Below are positions 8,979 through 18,298 of a stretch of DNA of 64,000 nt, piece after piece (position 1 is the stretch's first letter; the number at the start of each line of letters is the position of its first letter). This stretch comes from Candidatus Parcubacteria bacterium (GTDB lineage Bacteria > Patescibacteriota > Minisyncoccia > Phycocordibacterales > JAKFXT01): assembly GCA_021414235.1 (NCBI GenBank), contig JAIOOV010000004.1, positions 409,591 to 473,590 of the forward strand, written 5' to 3'. The position numbers were made by a program, and so were the translations under genes. The notes under the pieces were generated by a model. The model worked only from the letters and a program-made list of their open reading frames with translations, did not search any database and was not told the DNA's origin.

Positions 8979-9007
8979 ACTATAACCCGTATTTATAAAC
9001 TTGTCTA
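8979..9007 (-). promoter_or_regulatory. sigma70-type promoter for the candidate sRNA
   Basis: TAGACA (9007-9002), 17-nt spacer, TATAGT (8984-8979). Confidence 0.7.
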
Positions 9008-9014
9008 CTGCGTC

Positions 9015-9464
9015 TTACTGCGAAGACCTCTTGACCATCTGCTCCACGTACCAGAGAGCCGTGAACACGAAGAGCGTGAGCGCGGTCGCCATAACGGCGA
9101 TGACATAGAGGCGGAAGCCCACCGCGATACCGATGGCGGTAGCAACCCAGATACCAGTCGCTGTGGTTAGCCCCGAGAGCTGCTCATCTTTCATAAAGAT
9201 GACGCCGCCACAGAGGAAACCGATACCCATGACCACGGAAGCCATTACGCGCAGAGGATCTATGCCCGCAGAAGCCGAGAAGGTTTCAAGGACGATGTTG
9301 GCGATGATGATAAGGAGCGCGGAGCCCATAGAGACGAGCGCATAGGTGCGGAGTCCTGCTGCCTTGTGCGCAAGGGTGCGCTCCAGGCCGAGCGACATAC
9401 CGAGAAGCATAGCGAGGGCAAGCTGGAAGAAGATGATGGCATCCACCGGAGTAAGTATGGGCAT
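9015..9464 (-). CDS. MgtC/SapB family membrane protein
   Basis: GLER...AGLRT, GIGFLCGG and GLTTA motifs. Confidence 0.92.
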   Translation of the reverse strand: MPILTPVDAIIFFQLALAMLLGMSLGLERTLAHKAAGLRTYALVSMGSALLIIIANIVLETFSASAGIDPLRVMASVVMGIGFLCGGVIFMKDEQLSGLTTATGIWVATAIGIAVGFRLYVIAVMATALTLFVFTALWYVEQMVKRSSQ

Positions 9465-9494
9465 GGATATTATGTTAGACCTATATTGTAGCGT

Positions 9495-10334
9495 TTAAAA
9501 ATGACTCTCGCACACCGAGCGAGCCTCGGTGAGAACCCGCTTGAGCTTCTCCCCGGTTATGCCGAAGCCAGGCATCTCTCCCTCCCTCTCCCCCAGAGTC
9601 TTACAGAGCACAATCCCCGCCTGCATGAGCCGCGTCTTGTCTGCCCCCGTAAGCGAAGTAAGGCAGGTCAGCGGGTGAGCTTGGGCCTCCTCGATGAGAT
9701 CCTGCAGGTTGCCGTAGCGGGGATAGGTCCAGCTCACGAGCTTCAATCCCGAGCAGTTGGCATAGGTCACCGCCGCCTTGGTGAATTTGGTATTGGTGAT
9801 GAGCCAACCCTCGTCGATGAGCCGCTCGCCCCGCTTAACGCGGAACTTGCGGATGTCTTCCACCCGCGCGTTCACATAAAGGGCTACCTTGAGGTCGCTC
9901 TTGAGGCCGAGCTGGTTATGGAACTTGATCTCCCCGATGATGTATTTGTTCGGCGTATGCGCGACAAGATCCACTTCATGCTCGACGCAGGAGCCGGAGA
10001 GCATCTGGCCCGTAGCTACAGTAAAACCACGAGAGCGGAAGATCTCCCCGATGTAATCCTCAAACGGGAACCCAGAGGGGCCGAGGGCGAGTACTGCGCG
10101 CTTAAGAGAGTATCGTGCGGCTACCGGCTTCTCGATAGTGCGCAAGAGCTCGAACGCCCGCTTATATATCTCATGCGTGCCAATACCCGAAGTGAGAGAG
10201 GTGCGCACTCCCTTCAGCACCTCGTTCACTACCTTTGGCTTGGCACCCGCGCGCTCCAGCGACTGGATGAGCTTGGAAGGATCGAAGGGCTCCTGATCCC
10301 CATTAGCCTTAGTGACAAGTATGGTTTTGGGCAT
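9495..10334 (-). CDS. ATP-cone domain + Mrr-like restriction endonuclease-fold protein
   Basis: N-terminal VTKANGDQEPFDPSKL; FEDYI, EVDLVA, EIK and ITNTKFT motifs. Confidence 0.8.
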   Translation of the reverse strand: MPKTILVTKANGDQEPFDPSKLIQSLERAGAKPKVVNEVLKGVRTSLTSGIGTHEIYKRAFELLRTIEKPVAARYSLKRAVLALGPSGFPFEDYIGEIFRSRGFTVATGQMLSGSCVEHEVDLVAHTPNKYIIGEIKFHNQLGLKSDLKVALYVNARVEDIRKFRVKRGERLIDEGWLITNTKFTKAAVTYANCSGLKLVSWTYPRYGNLQDLIEEAQAHPLTCLTSLTGADKTRLMQAGIVLCKTLGEREGEMPGFGITGEKLKRVLTEARSVCESHF

Positions 10335-10336
10335 AT

Positions 10337-10789
10337 TCAGTCTATAGGAAGCGCTTCGAGGCTCGAGGTAGAAGCCGCCTCGGTGATGACAAGGGTGGAT
10401 CGCTTGCCATCGAGAAACACTGAGACGCGGGCCTCAGGGCTCGCTTGGAAGGCCACCTTGAAGCGCTTGAGCGTCTGCCTCTGTTCACAGGAATCCCCGT
10501 CGGTAAGAACGGAGAGATTTATGGAAACCTGCTCGGGATATGATTCGCGGACGATCGACTCCGCATCTATGCGGTGACAGGTAGAGGGAACGTCGAGCTC
10601 TCCCACATAGATATGCGCGCCATGACGATACTGATGAAGTACGGGAATCTCGAAAAGCGGTTCGACCGCCTGGCGCGCTGCAGCCGGGAAGAGGAGACGG
10701 AGATCCTTGAAAGGGCCGCGCTCATACCCGAGCCATACGGAGCCGATGAGCATCGCAAGGAGTGAGAGGAGGAGTATCCGAATGATCAT
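10337..10789 (-). CDS. membrane-anchored hypothetical protein
   Basis: N-terminal TM segment; PSTCH...ESYPEQV..CEQ Cys pair. Confidence 0.7.
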   Translation of the reverse strand: MIIRILLLSLLAMLIGSVWLGYERGPFKDLRLLFPAAARQAVEPLFEIPVLHQYRHGAHIYVGELDVPSTCHRIDAESIVRESYPEQVSINLSVLTDGDSCEQRQTLKRFKVAFQASPEARVSVFLDGKRSTLVITEAASTSSLEALPID

Positions 10790-10821
10790 TAGCTTCCAGT
10801 ATACCAGGAGGAAGCTAGAAA

Positions 10822-11904
10822 CTAAGGAGTGGCGACTACTCCGCCTCCCAGACACTCAGAACCAGCGTAAAAGACCACCGACTGCCCGGGAGAGACGAGG
10901 AGAGGTGTGGAAAAGACGGCTTGCACCTTGCCCTTCTTAACTTCTATGCGGCACGGATGCCGCTCCCCATGGTAGCGGATCTCGGCTTCCACTACTGCGC
11001 CTGGTAACCCCTTGGGATTAACGCTCTGAACCCCTTCGAGAGGAATCCGTACACTACCCTTCATTGCTCCAGGCGTCGTAGAGACAGTGAGCGTATTCGC
11101 CTGAATATCCTTGCCGACCACGTAAAGCGGCTTCTGACCGGTCCCGGAGGCTTCCACGGAGAAACCGTGCCTCTCGCCCAGGGTATAGAGCGCTGCCCCA
11201 TCGTGAGAGCCGATTGTCTTCCCCTTGGTATCGAGCACGGCTCCTCGCTCGGTCTTTAAATGACGTGCAAGGAAGTCTTTCATATCTACCATCCCGAGGA
11301 AGCAGATACCCTGGCTATCCTTCTTTTCTGCTGTGGGCAGCTTGAAGCTCTTGGCCTCGGCGCGTACGGCGCTCTTCTCCATGTACCCTATCGGAAAAAG
11401 GATCTGCGCGAGCTCCGCCTGTCCGAGCGCATAAAGGAAATAGGACTGATCCTTCTTCGGATCTGCCCCGCGATGGAGCTCATATACATTAGTCCGCTGG
11501 TTATATATCCGCTGTGCGTAGTGACCCGTCGCCACCAGATCCGCACCCTGCTCGCGCGCAAAGCGCAGGAACGCGCCGAACTTTATCTTCCGATTACACA
11601 TCACATCGGGATTCGGCGTACGCCCCTTCGCGTATTCCGCGATCATATAATCGGCCACTTCACGCTTGTACTCCTCTTCCAGATCGAGCGTACGGAACGG
11701 GACATTGAGGAGAGCGCAGACTCGCATAGCATCCAATCGATCCTCCTTAGCCGTGCAGTACACGTAAGAAGGCTGCCAAGTCTTGATGAAGACGCCGGTG
11801 ACGTCGTAGCCCTGCTCCTTGAGGAGCGCGAGTGCCACCGAGCTATCCACTCCGCCAGAGAGGCCGACGAATACCTTCTCCTTCCCGTTCTTTTCCTGCT
11901 GCAT
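10822..11904 (-). CDS. mnmA: tRNA 2-thiouridine(34) synthase
   Basis: SGGVDSS, TPNPDVMCN, ATGHY, KDQSYFL, DSQGICF and PGQSVVFY motifs. Confidence 0.97.
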   Translation of the reverse strand: MQQEKNGKEKVFVGLSGGVDSSVALALLKEQGYDVTGVFIKTWQPSYVYCTAKEDRLDAMRVCALLNVPFRTLDLEEEYKREVADYMIAEYAKGRTPNPDVMCNRKIKFGAFLRFAREQGADLVATGHYAQRIYNQRTNVYELHRGADPKKDQSYFLYALGQAELAQILFPIGYMEKSAVRAEAKSFKLPTAEKKDSQGICFLGMVDMKDFLARHLKTERGAVLDTKGKTIGSHDGAALYTLGERHGFSVEASGTGQKPLYVVGKDIQANTLTVSTTPGAMKGSVRIPLEGVQSVNPKGLPGAVVEAEIRYHGERHPCRIEVKKGKVQAVFSTPLLVSPGQSVVFYAGSECLGGGVVATP

Positions 11905-11936
11905 GCTTCCGACTTTACGTGCGCTATGCTGAATGG

Positions 11937-12908
11937 TCAATTTGTCTTGAGATACCGAGCTTTATTCTTGAGATGCTCCGCGTAGGTGCGGGCGTAGTAA
12001 AAGACGCCGTTTGTACCAGTCAGATAGTAGAGATACGGACTCGTGGTGGGCGTGAGCGCCGCTTGGAGCGCATCTATCCCCGGATTATTAATAGCCGTAG
12101 GCGGCAGCCCTTTGTTGATATACGTATTGTAAGGAGAATCCACAGCGAGATCCTCTCGCGTGAGATCGAAGCTCGTCTTGCCGATGATGTACGCGAACGC
12201 CGCATCCACCTGGAGCGGCATATCGATAGAGAGCCTCTTCCAGAGAACCCCGGCTACTTCCTGCCGATGACGCGTAGTACTGGCCTCCCCTTCAAGGAGC
12301 GAAGCCATGACCACAATCTGTTCGAACGGCTTCCCAAGAGCCGCAGCCTGAGTGCGCAGAGCGGCTGTGCGCTTGTCGAATTCAGCCCGCATCGCTTCCA
12401 CTACGCGTGCCGCAGAAGTACCCGGGAGGAAGAAATACGTCTCAGGAAAAAGATACCCTTCTTGGCCTTTGGCCGCCTCTAGGAAACTCTCCGCGGAGCA
12501 GCCAATGAGGTTACGCTCACAGATCTGAGCCATCTCTTTGAGAGTGATCCCTTCAGGAAAAGTCAGCTTCACGGGAGCAAGACCGAAATCCCCGCGGACA
12601 AGACGGAGTGCGAGTGCATACGATCCCTGGGGCTGATCCAGAAGGTATGCCCCTGCACGGATGCCATCTCCTGCCGCACGCACCAAGAGAGTGAGGAGGC
12701 TTGAAGAGTAGACCGCATGCTGTTGTTCAAAAAGAAGCGCTGCGCCGCGCACGCTGGTGCCCTCAGGCACAGTGACGATGGCGCCCTTCGGGAATTCCTC
12801 TGGCGCCAAAGAGAGGAGGGCAAAAGAAGCATAGGCGGCTAGAGCGATAAGCGCTGCCGAAAGAGTCACCAGCACGAGGGGACGGTGAAAGAATGGAAGA
12901 AGCGGCAT
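11937..12908 (-). CDS. mltG: endolytic transglycosylase MltG (paralog 1)
   Basis: EGYLFPETY, ASLLEGEA, MPLQVDA and SPYNTY..GLPPTAINNPG motifs. Confidence 0.93.
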   Translation of the reverse strand: MPLLPFFHRPLVLVTLSAALIALAAYASFALLSLAPEEFPKGAIVTVPEGTSVRGAALLFEQQHAVYSSSLLTLLVRAAGDGIRAGAYLLDQPQGSYALALRLVRGDFGLAPVKLTFPEGITLKEMAQICERNLIGCSAESFLEAAKGQEGYLFPETYFFLPGTSAARVVEAMRAEFDKRTAALRTQAAALGKPFEQIVVMASLLEGEASTTRHRQEVAGVLWKRLSIDMPLQVDAAFAYIIGKTSFDLTREDLAVDSPYNTYINKGLPPTAINNPGIDALQAALTPTTSPYLYYLTGTNGVFYYARTYAEHLKNKARYLKTN

Positions 12909-12917
12909 ATGAAAAGA

Positions 12918-14195
12918 CTAGCGAGGCAGGTTATCCGGCGCTTCCATCTTCTTGGCCATGGTGCGGGTGATGCCTGGGGTCGCAGCAACGGATCCTGGGA
13001 AGTGCCAGATGGTCGCAAGTTCCTCGGTAGAGAGCACATACGCTTTCTTTTTATAGGGAGGGTGGAACCAGGAACGCGTACGATACGCAGCGAGCTTCTT
13101 CTTACGCAGCTTATTAGCCCTAATCTGCTGGAAATCCTGCCAAGGGAAGTCGTTGAGGTTACTGTCCTCCTTGAAGGCGAAGGAATTCATATTACGGGTA
13201 TAGAACGGCTTCATGATCTGCACGTAGCCGGAGATACGCCCGCCGTTGAAATTCTCCGGCTTGGCCATATATGCCATGCGCATGCCGAAGTCGAAGAGCG
13301 GCTTGGAGAGCTTGCGCTCGATAGCTGCAATGATCTCGCCCTCACCCTTCGTGGGAATACGAGGGAAGGTCGCGCCCTCCGGCTTGAAGGAATCGAGGAG
13401 CTTCTTGATGGTCTCTTTCCCTTCTGTGCCCATATCCGCATCAGACTGGCCGCCCATGTCTCCGAAGGGGAATTTGTCTTTGACGTGACCTTCCGCATGC
13501 ACCTGGATGAGGAATTGCATCCAGACCTGCTCGCCCTTCCCGATCATGGAGATATATTCAAGCACTGTCGTGAGCGGATCTATCTTGAACTCCTCCTTGG
13601 GGTCCTTGTCGAGCTCGTAATCGACGTATGTCTTGATGGGATATGAATTCAACGGGTGCTTATGCTCGTCTTCCTTCTTCATCTTGAAATCACAGATCCA
13701 CACGCTCATCTGGGTAGGGTCGAAGTACGGGAAAGCTTCGGTATAATCCGGCACCTCGGTTATCTCAATACCAGGATACTGGCTGTAAAGGGATGCTTCT
13801 ACGACGTTTTTAAACTGAGCGCGTGTCCAGACATAGAAATGGATGTTGCCTTCGATCGAAGCGATTTCGAGTGAGAACCAAGGACGCACCTTGCCGTTCA
13901 CGTAGCGATCCCACCAAGTGCTCTCTCCGCTGCCGTTATGGAAATGCGTAAGAGCGAGCTCCATGGCTCTCGGCGAACGCAGCACCTCCCTCGGTAGCTT
14001 GATCTCCAACAAAATGTATTTCTGGCTCTGGATGAAATCCCTACGCTTATAGGCGATCCACATACGCCAGAAGAAGAGTCCGAAGACCGGAGGTCCCCAG
14101 AACGGAATGAAGCGCACCACGTAACCGAGACCCTGGACAAAGGTCCCGTCGGAGAACGGCTGAAAGAAGAGGTCGTAAAAAAAATCGAGACCCAT
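12918..14195 (-). CDS. conserved membrane-anchored hypothetical protein
   Basis: 425-aa ORF with host-like codon usage; TM then LLEIKLP, FSLEIAS, YSQYP and EELATIWHFP. Confidence 0.75.
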   Translation of the reverse strand: MGLDFFYDLFFQPFSDGTFVQGLGYVVRFIPFWGPPVFGLFFWRMWIAYKRRDFIQSQKYILLEIKLPREVLRSPRAMELALTHFHNGSGESTWWDRYVNGKVRPWFSLEIASIEGNIHFYVWTRAQFKNVVEASLYSQYPGIEITEVPDYTEAFPYFDPTQMSVWICDFKMKKEDEHKHPLNSYPIKTYVDYELDKDPKEEFKIDPLTTVLEYISMIGKGEQVWMQFLIQVHAEGHVKDKFPFGDMGGQSDADMGTEGKETIKKLLDSFKPEGATFPRIPTKGEGEIIAAIERKLSKPLFDFGMRMAYMAKPENFNGGRISGYVQIMKPFYTRNMNSFAFKEDSNLNDFPWQDFQQIRANKLRKKKLAAYRTRSWFHPPYKKKAYVLSTEELATIWHFPGSVAATPGITRTMAKKMEAPDNLPR

Positions 14196-14246
14196 TATGG
14201 GCCGAATTATAACATGAGGGTAGAAAGCAGCGAATGCTGCTATACG

Positions 14247-14268
14247 AAAAAAGACGGGTTTCCCCGTC
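14247..14268 (-). terminator. intrinsic terminator
   Basis: GACGGG-GAAA-CCCGTC-TTTTTT. Confidence 0.8.
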
Positions 14269-14289
14269 CTCAGCTATCTCCCCTCTGGC

Positions 14290-15321
14290 TTACGCAGAGA
14301 GCGCGTATTTCCCATCCTTCCCCTTCTTGAAGATGTTGGAGTTCTGGAGATTCACCAAGACGGTGTTCGGCTTCACATAGCGCTCCTTGAGGACCTTCTC
14401 GATGATCTGGTCCTTGGTCATCGGGCCGTATTTCTTGAGCACGTCACGGATGACATCCTTAACCACGCCGCTCGAATATCCCCACTCGGAGAGCGCGTAG
14501 AGACCGCGACCGACGAGTACGAAGCGGGGATCCTTGATGAGCTCATTGTGGCAGGTAGCCACATGCGCCTTGCGATCGAAGAGCTTCTGGATGGCCTTGG
14601 CGACCTCGGAGAAGTGCATCGGAGAGCCGTGGCGACGGATGGCGAGATACGCGAAATCACGCATACCCTTGGCACGGACATTGGAGGAAGCGGCTACGCC
14701 CCACTCGCCCAGAGGATTCTTGGCGATCTTCTTGGAAAGGGAGAGCCAGCGGCGTACGATCTCCTCGTCCTTGTAGTGTTCGGAAATATCTTTGACCGTA
14801 TCGAGGAAGCTCGAAATCATCTCGGATTCCGGGATGAGAGAGTCATCCGGCATGTTCTGATAGAGCTTGCGGAGAGAGCCTTCCACCTGCTCAGCGATAT
14901 CCGGGCTCACGTACCAGCGATGATGGAAATCAAGGTCTTCTTTCTTCTTCTTGAAAGAGTCGCCGAGCACGAGGAGGAAATGGAAATGATTCTGGGTGCT
15001 CTCGTCCTTAGAGAGGTGCTCGAGGAATTCAGCCTCCGGTACCACGCCGCCAAGGACGGTGATGGCCTTCTCGAGCTCCTCGAAGGCGGCCTTCTCCTTC
15101 TTGTAGTGCTCGGACTTGCGGATGGTGGTGAAGGCGTAGTTCTCGATCTGGCGCACGCGTTCCCGAGTGATCTTGTAGGTGCTGCCGATGGACTCCAAGG
15201 TCATGCGCTCGGGAGAGGTGCCGAGGCCGTAGCGGCTCACAATCACGTTGCGGGCACGCTCCGGAAGCGCCATGAGGAGGCGCTTGACGACTGCTTTGGG
15301 TTTGAAGGTGATAGTAGCCAT
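14290..15321 (-). CDS. sigma70 region-4 HTH + HARE-HTH (RNAP delta-like) protein
   Basis: MTLESIG..ITRERVRQIE; C-terminal PMHFSEV..TCHNELIKDPRFVLVGRGLYALSEWG. Confidence 0.8.
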   Translation of the reverse strand: MATITFKPKAVVKRLLMALPERARNVIVSRYGLGTSPERMTLESIGSTYKITRERVRQIENYAFTTIRKSEHYKKEKAAFEELEKAITVLGGVVPEAEFLEHLSKDESTQNHFHFLLVLGDSFKKKKEDLDFHHRWYVSPDIAEQVEGSLRKLYQNMPDDSLIPESEMISSFLDTVKDISEHYKDEEIVRRWLSLSKKIAKNPLGEWGVAASSNVRAKGMRDFAYLAIRRHGSPMHFSEVAKAIQKLFDRKAHVATCHNELIKDPRFVLVGRGLYALSEWGYSSGVVKDVIRDVLKKYGPMTKDQIIEKVLKERYVKPNTVLVNLQNSNIFKKGKDGKYALSA

Positions 15322-15382
15322 ATCAGGGGGTGGTGTGGTCTAATTTTTAGCATTTACTACAACACACGTCAAGTCCTGCGCA

Positions 15383-18226
15383 TCAAATCACGAAATTGAT
15401 GATCTTCCCGGGAACAAAGATGCGCTTTTTGATCACTACCCCCTTAAGCCACTTCTCCATCTCCGGCAGCTGCTCGGCCTCTCTGAGCGCTTCGGCCTCC
15501 TCTACCCCCATAGAAAGGAGGAGCGTCGCCCTCACTTTGCCGTTCACCTGCACAGCGATAGTAGATTCCGTCTGCACCAGCTTCTTCGGATCAGCTACCG
15601 GCCAGATTTCCTTGTGGATGGACTTCTTGCCTCCCATCTCCTGCCAGAGCTCCTCGGTGATATGCGGCGCAAAGGGCGCTAAGAGCTGCAAGAGGGTCTT
15701 GTATGCAGAGAGCGGTACGGCAGCTTCCTTCTCCAGAGCGTTCTGCAGCACCATCATCTGAGAGACCGCGGTATTGAAACGCATCGCCTCGATGTCTTTT
15801 CCTACCTTCTCGATACTCTGGTGGAGAAGTGTCTCCGTAGCGGAAGAGAGGGTTCCCTTCTTGGCGACCTTCTCCTTGAGGCGCCAGATGCGCTCCAGGA
15901 AGCGGTACATGCCCACCAGGCCGTCGTCATTCCAGGCGATCGCCTGATCGAAAGGTCCCATGAACATCTCATAGAGGCGCAGGCTGTCCGCGCCGAAACG
16001 CTCCACCACATCATCCGGGCTTATACCGTTCCCCTTGGACTTGGAGATCTTCTCGCCGTCCGCCGCCAAGATGAGGCCGTGCGAGGTACGCTTCATATAT
16101 GGCTCTGCGGTCGGTACGAGCCCCTGATCAAAGAGGAATTTGTGCCAGAAGCGGGAGTACAGGAGATGGAGAGTGGTGTGCTCCATGCCGCCGTTGTACC
16201 AATCCACCGGCGTCCAGTGCTTGAGCATCTTCTCGCTCGCGAACGCCTTGCTGTTCTTAGGATCAGCATAGCGAAGGAAGTACCAGGAGGAACCGGCCCA
16301 GTTCGGCATCACGTCCGTCTCGCGGCGTGCCGGACCCTTACAGGTCGGGCACTTCACTTTGACCCACTTCTCAATGGTCGCAAGCGGCGACTCTCCGTTA
16401 TCAGTAGGCTGGTAGTTCTTCACCTTGGGAAGCTCCACCGGAAGGTCCTTCTCAGGCACTCTCACCCAGCCGCACTTCTCACAGTTGATCATGGGGATAG
16501 GCTCGCCCCAGTAGCGCTGGCGGGAGAACACCCAATCACGGAGCTTGAAGGTGGTTTTCTTTCTTCCACCTACCTTCTTTACGATCTTGTCCTTGGCTTC
16601 CTCGCTCTCCATGCCGGAGAATTCTCCGGAATTCCCGAGGATGCCCGGGCCCGTATGAACGAAACCCCTATCACTCACCACAGAAGAGATGAATTCACCT
16701 TCGAACACCGTAAAGAAGCTCTTGAGTTCTTCTTCCTTCTTCCACACGACTTCATGTAGTGCCGCCTCGTTTTCTTCCACCGAAGCCCGTGCCTCATCCT
16801 TCAGTTCAAAAAATACGTAATGGAACCGTGCCCAACGATTCTGCTTCTTGATGCGGTGGTAGAACTGCGTCTGAACGACCCAGGAAGGCTCCTCCACAAG
16901 ACGTAGGTTCATATACCCCGTCTCCTCAAGAACTTCGCGACGGGCAGCCTCTACCACGTCTTCTCCCTCTTCTAAGCCGCCAGTCACTAAGCCGTTCATA
17001 GCCACACCCTTCCAGCTGACACAGAGGTACGTATCGTTTTTGGGGTTACGCACCACTGCACAGATCGCCTCGCGTTTTACGAGAGGCAACTCAGGATGAA
17101 TCTTGTCTTCTCCCTTACTACTAATGAAAAGTGGCTCGACGACACGCTTCACCGGCAGTTCAAACTTCTTAGCAAAAGCGAAGTCGCGCTCATCATGCGC
17201 AGGCACTGCCATGAGCGCACCTGAGCCGTACTGTGCGAGGACGAAATCAGCCACGAAAACCGGCAGCTCTTCCTGATTCGCCGGATTTATCGCTTTTACA
17301 CCCACGAGCTCTACCCCGGTCTTCTCCTTGCCTTCCGCAGTACGCTCCATCTCACTCGCCTTCTTGGCTTTGACCACGTATTCCAGGACCTCCTTCTTGT
17401 TTGAGGCCTTCTCTGCGAATTGAGCGACAAGCGGATGCTCCGGCGCGAGCACTACAAAGGTAGCGCCGAAGAGCGTATCCGGACGGGTGGTGAAGACGGT
17501 CAGCTTCTCAGCGCTTCCCTTGATGCCGAAATCAATCTCCGCGCCCTCGCTCCTGCCGATCCAGTTCCTTTGCTGCAGCTTAATCTTCTCGAGGAAATCC
17601 ACGGTATCGAGGTCCCTGTCGAGACGCTCCGCATACTTGGTGATGGCGAGCATCCACTGCTCCTTCTCGCGCTTCTCCGTCTCCGTGCCGCAACGCTCGC
17701 ACTTGCCGTCGATGACTTCTTCGTTAGCAAGGCCAATCTTGCACTTCGGACACCAGTTGATGGATGCTTTGTTCTTGTACGCCAATCCCTTCTCGTGGAG
17801 CTTGAGGAAGATCCACTGGGTCCAGCGATAGTAGGCGGGATCGGTGGTGTTCACCTCGCGGGACCAGTCGAAGGAGAAGCCGATGGACTTCAGCTGACGC
17901 CGGAAGTTATTAATCGCCTTCTTGGTGATGATTGCCGGATGGATGCCGGTCTTGAGAGCATAGTTCTCTGCAGGAAGCCCAAAGGCGTCCCAGCCCATGG
18001 GATAGAGCACCTCGTAGCCTTCTGCGCGGCGCTTGCGAGCCACCACGTCCATGGCGGTGTTACTCCTGATATGGCCCACATGCATGCCCTCGCCGGAGGG
18101 GTACGGGAACTCGATGAGGAGATATGACTTCTTTGTACCCTTCTTCTCGGTAGCCTTGTTAGCCCCAGACTTCTCCCACACGGCCTGCCACTTCTTCTCG
18201 AGCTTCCGGTGGTCGTAGGCCTTCAT
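15383..18226 (-). CDS. leuS: leucine--tRNA ligase with inserted Nudix domain
   Basis: FPYPSG..HVGH, TTRPDT, DWVFSRQRYWGEP and KISKS motifs; Nudix box GGLEEGEDVVEAARREVLEETG. Confidence 0.96.
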   Translation of the reverse strand: MKAYDHRKLEKKWQAVWEKSGANKATEKKGTKKSYLLIEFPYPSGEGMHVGHIRSNTAMDVVARKRRAEGYEVLYPMGWDAFGLPAENYALKTGIHPAIITKKAINNFRRQLKSIGFSFDWSREVNTTDPAYYRWTQWIFLKLHEKGLAYKNKASINWCPKCKIGLANEEVIDGKCERCGTETEKREKEQWMLAITKYAERLDRDLDTVDFLEKIKLQQRNWIGRSEGAEIDFGIKGSAEKLTVFTTRPDTLFGATFVVLAPEHPLVAQFAEKASNKKEVLEYVVKAKKASEMERTAEGKEKTGVELVGVKAINPANQEELPVFVADFVLAQYGSGALMAVPAHDERDFAFAKKFELPVKRVVEPLFISSKGEDKIHPELPLVKREAICAVVRNPKNDTYLCVSWKGVAMNGLVTGGLEEGEDVVEAARREVLEETGYMNLRLVEEPSWVVQTQFYHRIKKQNRWARFHYVFFELKDEARASVEENEAALHEVVWKKEEELKSFFTVFEGEFISSVVSDRGFVHTGPGILGNSGEFSGMESEEAKDKIVKKVGGRKKTTFKLRDWVFSRQRYWGEPIPMINCEKCGWVRVPEKDLPVELPKVKNYQPTDNGESPLATIEKWVKVKCPTCKGPARRETDVMPNWAGSSWYFLRYADPKNSKAFASEKMLKHWTPVDWYNGGMEHTTLHLLYSRFWHKFLFDQGLVPTAEPYMKRTSHGLILAADGEKISKSKGNGISPDDVVERFGADSLRLYEMFMGPFDQAIAWNDDGLVGMYRFLERIWRLKEKVAKKGTLSSATETLLHQSIEKVGKDIEAMRFNTAVSQMMVLQNALEKEAAVPLSAYKTLLQLLAPFAPHITEELWQEMGGKKSIHKEIWPVADPKKLVQTESTIAVQVNGKVRATLLLSMGVEEAEALREAEQLPEMEKWLKGVVIKKRIFVPGKIINFVI

Positions 18227-18245
18227 AGTCCCTGGATAATACAAG

Positions 18246-18277
18246 AAAAAAGCAGCCTCGCAAAAGGCTGCTTTTTT
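18246..18277. terminator. terminator hairpin with A/T tracts on both sides
   Basis: AAAAAAGCAGCCT / AGGCTGCTTTTTT inverted repeat. Confidence 0.8.
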
Positions 18278-18298
18278 CGTTCTCTAAAACAGAGAGGT

